Positions 1 through 12,854 of a stretch of DNA of 64,000 nucleotides are shown here, piece after piece. The translations under genes were made by a program, and so were the position numbers. The stretch's first letter is position 1. Each line of letters opens with the position of its first letter. The notes under the pieces were generated by a model, which searched no databases, was not told where the DNA came from, and saw nothing but the letters and a program-made list of their open reading frames with translations. Source of the DNA: Octopus sinensis (lineage: Eukaryota); contig NC_043000.1 of the NCBI RefSeq assembly GCF_006345805.1, positions 136,896,001 to 136,960,000 on the forward strand, given 5' to 3'.

Positions 1-1009
1 GTTAACTCCTTCATACTGTTGCTGCCTACTAGTTTTTAGTTACATGTCGTTTAAAAAATATTGTATTTATTGTCTTTGTGTCCACATAGCTAACTGTCTG
101 TCCCTGCTTCCTCCCTTTTTGAATAATACGCTCAGTAGATTCACTTTTTATACAACGTACTAAATTTGTGTTCTTAGTGTCCCATTTTGCCCGCTTTTGA
201 AAACTCGCAATTTAAATATAGTCCGATACTACCGCCATGCCACCTAAGAAAAGAATGCGCTTCTGCTGCCAAGAGAATGAGGATGAGACATGTTTTTCTC
301 ATGGCCAGTTATATGTCGGATGCTCCACAGTTGGAAGCAAACAAAATATATTCGTACTTGCCTCTGATGGCAAAACGAAAAATGTGGCTACAGAGAGGTG
401 TTGTAGACACTTCATGCGTCATCTGCTTTCAAATTCGTGAATCTCGGTGCCTCCACTACACCAGTGCAACCTTGCAGACCTGATATGTGGTAAGTGAGTG
501 CTACCGCGGTCATATTTTCACAGTTACTAACTTTCCTCACCCATGTTTCTTTTCCTTTGTCCAACCTAGGTTTGTCATCTGCTTTCACAGAGTTTCACAT
601 TTCACAGCAACAATTCCGTTGCTTTCGGTGTAAAGGAAAAAAAGGGCCCTTTCCAGAGCCACTTTTCATACGATTGTTACACCACCTGAGAACGCATTAC
701 AACCCTTTTTAGAGCTTCTTATCAAATTGTTACCGCTGTGAGAACGACAAAAAATGCCCTTTTCAAGGCGACTTCACCTGTAATTGTTACACCATCTGAG
801 AACGCATTAAAGCCCTTTTCAGAACATCGTATCTAACTGTTACCGCTTGGCTTCAGCGGTACTCGGTGACCAGTTTTGTTACAATTTGCAACAATCTTGT
901 TCTAATTTTGTTACAATAAGCGACCAATTTTGTTACAATTTGGCGTTAACATTACTATCAAAAACAGTGTAGTATTTTAATCTCGAGCAACGCCTTGTAC
1001 TTTTGCTAG
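1..1009 (+). mobile_element. Helitron, internally deleted (5' end outside window)
   Basis: ORF 237..440 contains CFSHGQLYVGCSTVGSKQNIFVLASDGKTKNV, matching the C-terminal PIF1-helicase motif of Helitron Rep/Hel proteins. 3' end has a subterminal GC-rich motif (cgagcaacgccttg), then CTAG at 1006-1009 followed by T. Confidence 0.85.
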
Positions 1010-1098
1010 TATCATTATAAAAAGCCGTTTTCTTTATATGAAAACATGAGCCACATTGTATTCGTCTATAGTTGTTGTGTATGCATTTTTGTTTTGAC

Positions 1099-1156
<58 letters not shown>

Positions 1157-1226
1157 AATGAATATGGTACTTAACTTAGATGCACCAGAATTTTTTATGG
1201 TATTACCCATAAAATTATCTGGGGTG

Positions 1227-1607
1227 ATTATAACCAAAATATAAGCAACAAGAATGGATCGGTAGTTTAGTACAATTGTTTCATACTATAACAATTTATT
1301 AAAGCTGCAAATATTACAGCAAATATAATGTTAAGTAATCTTCAGCTAATTTCATATAGGTTTTCCAAACATCTTAGAGAGTGTAAATATACTTATAAAG
1401 TTATAGATGTGAGCTCCAGAAACTTGAAGCAAGAGCTCATATCTATAACTTTATAAGTATTTTTACACTCTCTAAGATGTTTGGAAAACCTATATGAAAT
1501 TAGCTGAAGATTACTTAACATTATATTTGCTGCAATATTTGCAGCTTTAATAGATTGATATAGTATGAAACTAAACTACCGATCCATTCTTGTTGCTTAT
1601 TTTTTGG

Positions 1608-1612
<5 letters not shown>
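1227..1612. repeat. Long inverted repeat (fold-back) between (TA)n tracts
   Basis: Arm ~1227-1416 is the reverse complement of ~1433-1612 with a few mismatches and indels; loop cagaaacttgaagcaa; (TA)n tracts at ~1102-1152 and ~1609-1640. Confidence 0.9.
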
Positions 1613-1643
<31 letters not shown>

Positions 1644-1853
1644 ATTCAGGTGAATAAGGCATTTATATGGTTAGGCACCGGGTCGGGTGATTACCTGATT
1701 GTGCCAGTGTCAAATTGTAATCATTGATGCGCTTTCGTGCATATCTGATACATGCTTCGGCTTACAGGTTAAACCTACCATTTGACGTACATAGAGACAA
1801 TATAGATAGATAAATGTAAATATAGCTATAGATACGCGCGCGCGCGCGCGCAC

Positions 1854-1888
<35 letters not shown>

Positions 1889-1918
1889 AACGCTCAAACA
1901 CAAACCCATGTATATATA

Positions 1919-2135
1919 CGAGGTGGTACTGAAAAGTTCCTTGCTTTGGGTAAAAGAAAATACAGAAGGATCAGTTAATTATGATTTTATTCAACTTACA
2001 CCTCTCTCAGATTCAAACACTTACTGTAGCGGTCCTTCAGTATTTCTGAGCCCTATAAAAGAACTCAGAGGTTTGAGCCTACAACCAGGCTTTTCACTAT
2101 ACCCTTAAAACCAAGAACTCTACAGCACCCCCTCG
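1919..2135 (-). mobile_element. Mariner-derived MITE
   Basis: Left TIR cgaggtggtactgaaaagttcc after TA; right TIR (revcomp) cgagggggtgctgtagagttct; internal minus strand reads a degenerate mariner C-terminus (LKDRYSKCLNLR). Confidence 0.75.
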
Positions 2136-2260
2136 TGTATGGTTCATGCAACCACATATCAGACAGTCGTAATATACATATATAAGCACACATACACACA
2201 CACACACACGCGCGCGAACGCACACACACATACTCACACACACGCACACACATATATATA

Positions 2261-2450
2261 GTTAAAATTTACAGCAAACAAAAGTCAAAGACAGGTGTAG
2301 GAACAACAAGCAGGTATATTAGTTTAACGCTCAGAGAGAATGGAAAAGCTTTTTTACGTTTCGACCCTATGCTCTTCGACAGAAAATGATTAAAACGAAA
2401 AAAAGGAGAGAGAAAGAAAAAAGCAGTGAGAGGAAATATGTGCAGGGTTA
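2261..2450 (-). mobile_element. Penelope-like element terminal-repeat remnant
   Basis: Begins next to a (TA)n tract; minus strand has ctgtcga-a-gagc-atag-ggtc-gaaacgta, the layout of minimal Penelope hammerhead motifs. Confidence 0.5.
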
Positions 2451-2522
2451 CGGGTTCAACATGATGAAATAGCCAGAAGAACCGTCTTTCTCAGACCACA
2501 GGAGACTACCATCATATATGTA

Positions 2523-2757
2523 TTAGTTTGGTACATAATTATTGCGGCTTTTTTTCAATAAATTTTATTCAACAAAAACAATAACAACACTTAACAAAAA
2601 TATCTTTAAATGTTTATTCCGGAGCATACTCACCATCTTCAATTTCTGCTTGGCGTTTTGTTTAAATTGACATTTTGTTTAAATTGAAGCTTTGCTTAAA
2701 TTTTTTGTTGATATAATTTATTGAAAAAAAAGCCGCAATAATTATGCACCAACCTAA
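2523..2757 (-). mobile_element. Mariner MITE (Hsmar-type TIRs)
   Basis: ~40-bp TIRs (ttagtttggtacataattattgcggc... / ...gccgcaataattatgcaccaacctaa) flanked by TA at 2521-2522 and 2758-2759; internal minus strand IEDGEYAPE* resembles a transposase end. Confidence 0.85.
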
Positions 2758-2994
2758 TATATAAACACCTTCAGTTTTCTTTTCCTTGGTAAATTTCTGT
2801 CACATATTTCTCCTTCAAATGGTGATGTGACTTTATCATGTCTGTTTACGCTTATTGAATTTGATTCTGAATTTTTTTTTTTAGTTAGCTTTTATCTTAT
2901 ACACAAATGTGTCAGGAAAATGTGTATAAAACTTAATTAATAATGCTGCAACAATGGTAGAATATTTAATGCTTGTTTTATTAGCGAAAAATTT

Positions 2995-3634
2995 ACAGCT
3001 GAGGTTAAGGGGACATTCAAAACAAAATATCCTGCTCAAGTTATGGCTTTTGGTGTTGTGGCTTCCGATGGAAAGAAAATGCCAATAAAATTCTACAAAG
3101 CTGATGAAAAGATCAATGTTAATACTTACTACAAGACTTTGAGATACCAGGTATTGCCATGGTTTAAAGCAAACTACCCAGATGGTAATTATGTATGGAC
3201 ACAGGATGGTGCTCCAGCCCACACAGCAAGAAAAATACAAGATTTCTGCTAATCCAACTTCAGGAGTTTTTTGGAATCATGTTTATGGCCACCTTCTAGC
3301 CCAGATCTAAACCCTATGGATTATGCTATTTGGGACGTTTTAGAACATGCTACCAATAGAACATCACACAGCAATATCGACTCTCTTAGAGATACTATTA
3401 AAGAAGAATGAGAGAAGTTGTCTCCCGAATATTTGAGGAACACTTGTGCAAGTTTCAGGAAGCGTGTGAAGGCAGTTATTGAGAAAGAAGGAGAACACAT
3501 AGAATAAAAATATTTTCTATTATGTAAATTTTCTCGTGGCAAACAAATTTTCATGACTTTCAATAAACTAATTGGTCATACACTGTCTTTCAATCCCTGC
3601 CTCAAAATATTGTAAATTTTGCTTCCCCACCCTG
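2995..3634 (+). mobile_element. maT/DD37D Tc1-mariner transposon, 5'-truncated transposase pseudogene
   Basis: Frame 3001-3507: QVMAFGVVASDG...WTQDGAPAHT...WPPSSPDLNPMDYAIW...KAVIEKEGEHIE*, with two internal stops and 37 residues between the last two catalytic D. 3' TIR revcomp CAGGGTGGGGAAGCAAAAT ends at 3634, followed by TA. Confidence 0.9.
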
Positions 3635-3660
3635 TATGTATATATGAGTATATGTACACG

Positions 3661-3710
<50 letters not shown>

Positions 3711-3714
3711 GGTA

Positions 3715-3756
<42 letters not shown>

Positions 3757-3757
<1 letters not shown>

Positions 3758-3815
3758 CTGGTGCTCCAGCATGGCTGCAGTCAAATGGCTGAAACAAGTA
3801 AAAGAATAAAAGAGT
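3757..3815 (+). mobile_element. SINE family A, 3' tail fragment
   Basis: ggtgctccagcatggctgcagtcaaatggctgaaacaagtaaaaga matches the 3' end of the copy at 8128-8536. Confidence 0.75.
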
Positions 3816-3834
3816 ACATGAATATATAAACGTG

Positions 3835-4057
3835 TCTTTTATCTTTTATCATTTACCAGTTTCAGTCATTGGACTGCGGCCATGCAGGAACACTGCCTTC
3901 AAGAATTTTCAATCGAATGAATCCATCCCAGTACTTATTTTTAAAACCAGGTACTTATTCTCTCGGTCTCTTACGCCGAACTGCTAAGTTATGGGGACGT
4001 AAATACATCAACACCTATTGTCAAGTGGTGGAGGGACAAACACAGATACACACACAT

Positions 4058-4102
<45 letters not shown>

Positions 4103-4206
4103 TATATACATATATATACGACAGGTTTCTTTCAGTTTCCGTCTACTAAATCCACTCACAAGGATTTAGTCGGCCCGAGGCTATAGAAGACACTTGCCCA
4201 AAGTGC
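3835..4206 (-). mobile_element. tRNA-derived SINE family A, head truncated
   Basis: Revcomp aligns with the copy at 8128-8536, including the internal (TA/CA) microsatellite; breaks off where the mariner begins. Confidence 0.85.
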
Positions 4207-4226
4207 AAGGCAGTACATATACACAC

Positions 4227-4993
4227 AGAGTTCCGCATGCTTTAAGTGACAACAACAAGAATCATCGAGCCACAATCTCCGCTGGTTTGCTTGCTCGTCA
4301 CCGCTCAACTCATGGTCACAAGCAACGATTTCTTTACCGAATCGTTACTGGCGACGAAAAATGGTGCCTGTACATCAATATGAAGCAGCGTAAGGAATGG
4401 CTTAGCTCGGTAAGCAAGCGACACCGCGCGTGAAACATGATCTTCATCCGCGTAAAACGATGTTGTGCGTATGGTAGGACTGGGAAGGGATTATCCGTGA
4501 CGAATTGCTTGAACGGAACCAAACGGTCAACGCGGAACTCTATGTTCAACAGATGGAACGACTCAACACGGCTATTCAAGAGAAAAGACCTAATCGGCAG
4601 TATGGAGTTCTTCTGCAGTACGACAATGCTCGCCCTCATATCGCCAATATGATCAAGGAAGCCATTCAAACGCGTGGCTGAGAAGTGCTGCTCCACTCAC
4701 CGTACTCTCCTGGTTTGGCACCAACGGATTTCCACTTCTTTCGATCTCTTTCAAATGCTATACGTAGAGTTTCGTTCAATACTGATGCAGAATTAAGAGC
4801 TTGGTTGGATCAATTTTTCGAGTCGAAATCGGGTGATTTCTACCAACGAGATATTGAAAATCTTGTTGAAGGTTGGGAAAAAGTTGTAAACAACAAAGGT
4901 GAATACATTATTGATTGATTAGTTGTTATTTTTTATTAAACCTTTAAACAAATTTTAATTTAAAAAAACGGTGAAAACTTAGTTGCCAACTCA
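4227..4993 (+). mobile_element. Mariner (DD34D) transposase pseudogene with 3' TIR
   Basis: Motifs VPHAL, IVTGDEKW, LHPRKTMLCVW, DNARPH, HSPYSPGLAPTDFHFFRSL and WEKVVNNKGEYIID*; D-34-D spacing; frameshift and stops. TIR aaaaacggtgaaaacttagttgccaactcaa then TA. Confidence 0.92.
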
Positions 4994-7900
4994 ATATATA
5001 TATACAAAGGTGAGTTTGAAGATGAGTGTAAGCCTCATCTTGTTCTACCACAATATTCCCTTTATATGCACCATGATATGATTGGTATAGTTTAATATTT
5101 CACTTCGGTGTTGGTAATTGTTGTACAGAATCGTAAGTATTATGATTGAACCATAGAGTCTTATGGCGAAGATTATCCAAAAATACAAATTTTGTGATCC
5201 AGCACTAATAAATGTTAGAATGCGAGAAAAAAAATCTGTTCTCCATCATAATTTACATCATGTTTGTTATTATTGTTTTTTCTTGTTGTTGCAGTCATCA
5301 TAATCATTATTAGATTTATTATACTGCTATGAATTGAACATATCTGCAATACAGTAACTCACCACGTGTCTCAATAATAGCCAATCTCTTCTGCCATGCA
5401 GAATGTTCTCAGATTTGTTCTCCCTTTTCTATCTACAATTTCCTTGCATTACTATTTATTATCGTAGGTCCATTCTCCAACTGACTCACAACATATTTTT
5501 TCCTCTATAATTTATCATCCCTTCATACAATATCCCTTCATATAATATCACCTAACTGGCATCATCTTTCAATGCTTGCAATACCCACACACTTTCTGAA
5601 TGAACAACCGTTTAGTTTCTGTTGTTGTTCCTTTTTGATTTTTCATTTGTTTCTTTTTTTTGTCTTTTGGTTTTTTTTTTTGTTGGAATCCATCATACTT
5701 CCAATATATCAATGTCATCTTGTTATTATAAGTTAGTTTTGATAATATATACAGAATTACACTTTTTGCACTTACCTCGTTCAGTTTGAAGAGAAAGAGG
5801 GAAATATTTCCTAACGGCAGAAGCGATTGTAAAACTATTTGTAAATCTAACTCTGGAGTCGAAGTCGTCTCCAAGTCTCTAACTCTAACTCTGCCTAGAC
5901 ATAGTTTCCTTAGTCAGCTAGACATTTCACTGCACCACTTAGGTATACATTATTTCCATTAACTACAGAGCACCGCAGAAATTATAATCTTTTGTTTTCC
6001 TCGCATATTCCGTACTTTCCTTTTGCTATCATACGCTGCTCCTAATTCTTTAACTTTAGATATATCATTCAAGCATTTGCTTTAAGTCCTCTTTCAGAAG
6101 TTAAAAATTGCTATTTCAAGCTCACCAACTTAATTAGTACAGAATTAAGTAATTAAGCAAAATACTTAGAATTCTTCAGAGCTGGAGGTTTCAATTCCTC
6201 GTTCGTTTCTGATTTCTACAGCTGGATTCGGTTTTGTTCTTCTAGAGCTTCATGCTTTCGCCATCTGATTTTCTATTTGCTTAAAAATGTGATATTATTG
6301 TAAAGATATCCGTCACTTATATGTCTTTTCTGCCGTACAGTTTCACAATTATCAACAAGGGCACCCAGAGAGCGCAAGCCTCCGCAAGGCAACACCAACG
6401 TCCTCTCAACAATTAGCTAGATATGATTTATAAAATGAGAATATCTGAAAGTAAAACGCAGTGAGAAGGTAAAACGCAGTGGGAACCCTAGTGCATAACA
6501 GCCCCAGAAAAACTGATGACTCGGTACTGTATCCAGGGCATTTTGTGAAATGGGAGATGATACAACTGAGAAAACATCGGGTCGAGAAGGCTGTTGATCT
6601 TATCTAGACAAGAACTCTTCGGTGCCGGTGCCACTGTGCCCTCTTGCAACCAGTAACTCTTAAGTGTTGGTAGATCTACGATCGATGGAGATATCTTACG
6701 TTCAGGAGGAACCTTCAGACTTGGTTTTCAAAGAAATGACAAATTCTTAAGTGCTGATACCATAAGAAAATATACATCTGGTACAGTCTGTAAAATGGTT
6801 GGCATTAAGAAAAGCATTAAGCTGTAAAATCTGGTCAAATGAAAATAGGTATGGGGGATGTGGTCCTCTGACCACATCTAGGGGATACTAGCTCAAATAA
6901 GAACTGGTTCTTAACGTAAACACGATGTAAAATGTTGAGAACAAAATCACACACATACAACCATTCACGCACACACAGTCACACGCACACATGTATAAGG
7001 AGAAAGTGAGAAAGGTGAACGAATGATAGTTGTTATTCAATCCGCAAAGTACCAGTAATTTGATATGCGGAGGTGGGAGGATATAAATGCAAAATATTAC
7101 GCAATTAACGCGAGTGAGCTATTGAGATAAATAGAATAGAAACAAATGAATAATACACGGAATCAGTCAAGGTAAAACTTGTAACTGAAAAAAGAGGAAG
7201 AAATACAAAGCGTAAAAAACAACAATCAAAGAATTGTACAATGAAGGACGGAAAGAAGAGAATCTAACGTTTCGGGTGATACCCCTTAAGAAAGAGGAAG
7301 CATTACGAAAAACAAGAGAAAGAGGAAAATGTATTATAACTATTTTAAGACACCTGTTTATATGGCAGATCTAAGGTAGACTAGGCTGTTACTCTGCTTT
7401 AAAAATATTATATTATATTGCACGCTCTCTCTCTCTCTCTCTCTCTTTGTTTCTTTTCTTTTTCTCTATCTTTAGTTCTCTCTTTCTCAGTGAGTTTAGT
7501 AGAAAACAGATACCACTCATACATTTTTGGTTAGATGGTTAGTTTTAATAAAACGAAACAGATCGCTTTTGGTAGGCTTCCCTGCAAACCTAATACGCAC
7601 TCTGCATGTGCATATGAATGTGTGTTTATAAAACAGTCATTATATATAAAAATATCGACAGGAATGTTGCGTATTTAGAATCTACATACTGGAAAACTCA
7701 CACATACATACATTCACACATACACATACATTCACACACATGCAAACATACATTTTTCTTAAATTCACTCGTGCATATTCATAATTTGATTTCCCACTAG
7801 TACAGTGTTGGTTGGTTTGAGTAGGAGCACTCAACGTACGGCTGTTAAGTTACAGCTGGATACTCCAAAATAATTCCAACCACCCATAGGGTGATAATCT

Positions 7901-8127
7901 GTGCTTCGCTTTCTTTTCCTCGGTTAGGCATTGAAAATGCAAAGACTTCTACAAGAACAACGCACAATATTAATTTTCCCTGTTCATACATTTTTGTAAA
8001 ACAAAAATTCCACATTAGTACTTATGTGACAATTTTCTTTTCGTTGTTGGATTTAAAGAAAAATTTTTTACAAAAAAATCATTATATTTAAATTTACATA
8101 TATATTTGTTGCAAATAAATAAATAAC

Positions 8128-8536
8128 GGCGTAGGAGTGGCTGTGTGGTAAGTAGCTTGCTTACGAACCACATGGTTCCGGGTTCGGTCCCACTGCGTGG
8201 CACTTTCGGCAAGTGTCTTCTACTATAACCTCGGGCCGACCAAAGCCTTGTGAGTGGATTTGGTAGACGGAAACTGAAAGAAGCCCGTGGTATATATATA
8301 TATATGTATATATGTGTGTGTATATGTTTGTGTGTCTGTGTTTGTCCCTCCCTCAACATCGCTTGACAACCGATGCTGGTGTGTTTACATCCCCGTTACT
8401 TAGCGGTTCGGCAAAAGAGACCGATAGAATAAGTACTAGGCTTACTAAGAATAAGTCCTGGGGGTGATTTGCTCGACTAAAAGGCAGTGCTCAGCATGGC
8501 CGCAGTCAAATGACTGAAACAAGTAAAAGAGTAGAA
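8128..8536 (+). mobile_element. tRNA-derived SINE family A, full length
   Basis: Head with A-box-like tggctgtgtgg and B-box-like ggttcggtccc; central (TA)/(TG) microsatellite; tail gcatggccgcagtcaaatgactgaaacaagtaaaagag; about 11 copies or fragments in the window. Confidence 0.9.
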
Positions 8537-8932
8537 TCATTTGACCGGGTATTCTGTCTCATTCTCATTTCTTTCATTTGATTCAATTCGAAATTCTTTC
8601 ATTCAAAAACAAAATGTTTCGCATTATCGATTATCTTGGAGTTTACTGTTCGAAGCTTGTCGACATGAAAAATAAGCAGTCCAATATATTACGCAGATGA
8701 ACAGAAATACAGAAATAAGCATAACTTTTTCAATTTTCGCCAAAAGTGATTTTGAAAAAAGTATATCGCGAAATTATAATCTACATTGACTCAAATTTGC
8801 AATTAAGAACATTGGAAAACTCAAACATGAAAAGCGAGGAATAAGTATAAAATATTGAAGTCTTGAACATTTTTTCCCAGCACAGTAACCTTAATAAGTT
8901 ATTTAATTATTAAATTTATTTATGAAATTGAT

Positions 8933-9022
8933 ATAGTAGAAAACACTTGCCCAAGGTGCCACGCAGTGGGACTGGACCAGGAACCATGTGGTTGGTAAGC
9001 AAGCTACTTACCACACAGCCAC
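8933..9022 (-). mobile_element. SINE family A head fragment
   Basis: Revcomp matches 8137-8227. Confidence 0.8.
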
Positions 9023-9849
9023 ATAACCTAGTGGTGCAATCGTTGTTGGTTTTTTTCTGATTTAATTTCTAATTTAATCACTGAAACGGTTAATATTTTG
9101 AAATATAAAAAAGGCCAATAAGTTGGATTATTATTAAATTTATTAAGCTTTTAGCATTATTTTTAACTGAAATTGATAACTTTCAGTCTATTTTGACAAG
9201 TTCTTGAGAAACAGCGCGATGTCGTTGTCGGAGAAAATATATCTGCACATCGAATTTTATAATAAAATATTGTAAATATGTGTGTATGTGTACATGTGTG
9301 TGTGCGCGAGTTGCATAATTCGCATATCAACTCTTAGAGAGTCTCATAACATATGCGCATTTCTCTGTCTCAAACCTTGATAAAAGTAAATCACAGCTCT
9401 AAAAGCATTGTTTTCACAATTACATTTATGGTGAAAAGGATATAGTTTAGAATGTTACAGTTACGAAACAGGTTATCTCAGTAGTTGCCTCCCTTGTCAT
9501 TATTTTTAGATTGTGAGATACTGTTTTCTTATTGGAGTTCAGGATCCTTTAATTAAATGCTGGGCTCATAGTTCTCAATGTACAATATAGTTTAATGCGG
9601 TTGTTGGTAGTGATAATTATATTAGGGACACTAGAAAATATAGAATTAAAGCTTGTGAAAATCGATGCAGTTGAGAAAATGTTATGGAGTTAAATTTATA
9701 TTTGTGCAGTGTAGTATATTGTTCATGACATAACATTAATAAGGACTCTGTATGTTCGATAGTACTCCAAATGATCCATACGTGGAAAACAAATGAGATA
9801 TATCTAACTACAGTTAGATTCCGATATTTTGAATACTGTACAAACAGGA

Positions 9850-10430
9850 AATAAATGTGGAGATAATTTTACGTGTATTCAACACATTTTTACAAGTGTT
9901 CCATCACAAAATCTGTCATATTAAGACATACCTTATAAACAGACTACATCCTCAAATCATCAGAGATAAGATAACAAACGTAAAAGCTTTAAGTTATAAA
10001 ATACCCTTCAGACAGCGTCATGGTATCACCAAACTCGTACTAACATCAAAAGGAACATTAGTGCACTTCTCCCTTGATGCATCCTTGTTCAAAAGAAGGC
10101 ATTTTCTGGAATGTTCAATAATTTCCATATCACTGTAGTTTGTGGTGCAATATTATCTGTTACATAACTGTGCCTTAGAGAGGGATATTTTGGAAATACA
10201 TCGTTAAAAAATGGACGATGCAGGACTGCGGGAATTTACATCTACTTTTGCATCTGACATTATGGATCCGGCTATCTCGCTTGCTATCACTATTCTACTG
10301 TCTTAATGTGATGGCATTCCATATTTTATTGTCAATGCCATTTCGGATATATTTGCTTTCTCTCCCAAGTTGACATGTAGCACGCTTAATAAATCTGCGA
10401 TTGGTGTTAAAAGTAAAGTTCTAATTGCGA
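9850..10430 (-). pseudogene. Degenerate Penelope-like reverse transcriptase fragment
   Basis: Minus strand 10131-10021 reads DMEIIEHSRKCLLLNKDASREKCTNVPFDVS, resembling the PLE RT segment II.HxRKSLLF...W.K...FDVxMG; heavily decayed, boundaries approximate. Confidence 0.5.
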
Positions 10431-12603
10431 CACACGATCAAGTTAGTTGCCAAACAATAACAACTCCAATGTGTGTGTATGTATATGTGTGTATATGTGT
10501 ATTAGTGTGTGTGTATGTATATGTGTGTGTATGTGTATGTGTGTATTAGTGTGTATAAATATACACACATACATATATACTTATACATGCCTACGTATAT
10601 ATGTATATACATGTAGACATATATATGCATATATACATATATATAATTTATATATATGCACATATATATATACATATGTATATATAAATGTGTGTGTGTG
10701 TAATATTGTCAGTGATCGATAATAAGACAGTTGGCTTCATGGCTAATTTGATGTGACCAAAATTGCATATCGATATAGATCCTTAACATGGGAATATTTT
10801 ATTTATAATGCTGTTGATCTCAGAAAGAAATGAAAATCACAATTTCCTTTTGGACTCCTCTTCAAGGCACTAAAAGCGCACGAATAAGCATAAACAGCAA
10901 CGTATATACATGTATGTATACATGCGTATATATGTGTGTGTGTATGCATGTGTTTATATATGAGTATAAATCACTCTTTCACACACACGTAGATGTAAAT
11001 CTGCGTATGCGTTTGCGCGCGAGTATGTGCGCGTGTATAATGTTACACTAATAAACATACATATATACATCTGTATATGTTAGTAGTGATATGTTAAATC
11101 TGTTTCTGCAATGATTGCTCTTTTTCCAATGCTTACATGAGAAATGACCTTCGTAACTCTAGAAATTCATTGCCAGCTTGACGTATCAATGTAGATTGAT
11201 GGCGATTCTGTCTCATCTGCATTCCCAGTATTTTCTCGTGGAAGTTTCATTTCTGTAATGGGTTTCTTCTTGTCTGATTCTAATTCTAACTCACCATAAG
11301 CTTGTTTTATGGTAGCTGACATCTTAATGTTCCTCTAGATTGCTACTATGCAATTCTGTTCTCTCCCTCCTTCCCTCACCTATCGGTATCATACCAATAG
11401 GATAAGATTTAATCTCTCTAGCAGAAAATTGACCACACTTTATCACTGGAAATTTTCTTACGAAATTTCATATTACTTCTAGAAGTATCAAATAAATTGA
11501 AATGAGGAAAGCTCTTAACTATTTGCTTCTACTCATTCCCTAATGTATTTTTTTATCACCTTCAGCTGCGGTTAGATTACCAAACGCTTTGCACATTCAA
11601 TGAATAGAAGAAATATTCATTTATTCCATCCACCAGTCTTTCAAAAAGAAATTAAAATAATTCTTATCCTATTAACTAAAACTGTATTGACATGAAATTT
11701 TAGAAACCTTTTCCTTTAGTTTTATTTCAGGTTTTTATTGCAAATACATATTTGAGTTAACGTCAAGGTTTTCCTGTATATATCTTTCATTAAAAAATTC
11801 CGCGAACATATAAGACATTTTTATATCACAATATTATTGTAATTATTCAGAGGATGAGGGAGAATTTACTGGCTTTACTCATCCTTTATACACTATAGGA
11901 AGACAAGGTTATCAATGGCGCCTCTCAATCACATGAATGTTTTAAGATATTATGACTAAAAAATTATGAAACTGAGAAGGCATGCAGAAAAAAGATTGTT
12001 AAAAACAGAAAACATGACTGAATATTTAGTGTTTTAGAGACGTAAACCAGGTAATATCTGCTTAATCTATGCTAAAACCAAGTTAAATGTATTTTATTCG
12101 TGATGTTCAACGTATCTAATATATATAAAGGATAGAAAAATGACGTCTTACAAAAGCTTAGAGAGAGATAAACAAATTCAGGATGACGGGGGAAAAATCT
12201 CCATAAATTTAGATTTCCTTGCTCTTAAGAGACTAGCAATAGGGTATGTTTGCCAGCTAAGATTATAGGTTAACATGTTTCGTACATTCTTGATCCTTGT
12301 AACATGCTGAGTTAAATATCATGAACATCTCTGTGGGCTGCCAAGTCGATACTGCCATTTGATATGTTGCAATTTCATCATGTACAATTTTGGATAAATC
12401 TTTGATAATGAGTGTCAGACATTCAAAACTTTAGATTCAGAAACATTTAAGCGCTATATGCATGGCGTACTAGCATGTGCAAAGAAAATATTTGAGTTTT
12501 AGAATGATTTAAAATTAAAATTTAGGAAGATGTGAAGTAATTTTCTTGACTTCATATTCATACATAGATATGCGCACATGCATAAATTCATAAATAAAAA
12601 ATA

Positions 12604-12854
12604 AATGCGCCTTTTTAAAGCCTAGTCAGACTCATGGACCCGGTTTCCCCGGTTTCAATAGCGTATGTGTTCCCCAGCTGGACGGGACGCCAGTCCATCG
12701 CAGCGTTACTCATTTTTGCCAACTGAGTGGACTGGAGTAATGTGAAATGAAGTGTTTGGCTTAAGAACACAATGCGTCGCCCGGTCTAGGAATCGAAACC
12801 GCAATCTTACGATTATGATGCTGACACCCTAACCACTAAGCCACGCGCCTCCAC
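12604..12854 (-). mobile_element. tRNA-derived SINE family C
   Basis: Minus-strand head gtggaggcgcgtggcttagtggttaggg...ggtttcgattcc; homologous to 37200-37452; probable TSD cata(a/c)attcataa at 12581-12593 and 12854-12866. Confidence 0.88.

Noticed and set aside
5400-6300. Possible decayed LINE ORF1 on the minus strand (also 34150-35000, 37800-38400, 18580-18800)
   Set aside because: Only vague motif hints; cannot be supported without a search.
6355-6490. Possible transposon terminus (acaagggcacccagagagcgcaagcctccgc) and 17-bp direct repeat
   Set aside because: No second terminus or second copy in the window to support a call.
8128-8205. tRNA genes at SINE heads
   Set aside because: A/B boxes continue into SINE bodies with TSDs; no complete cloverleaf verified.
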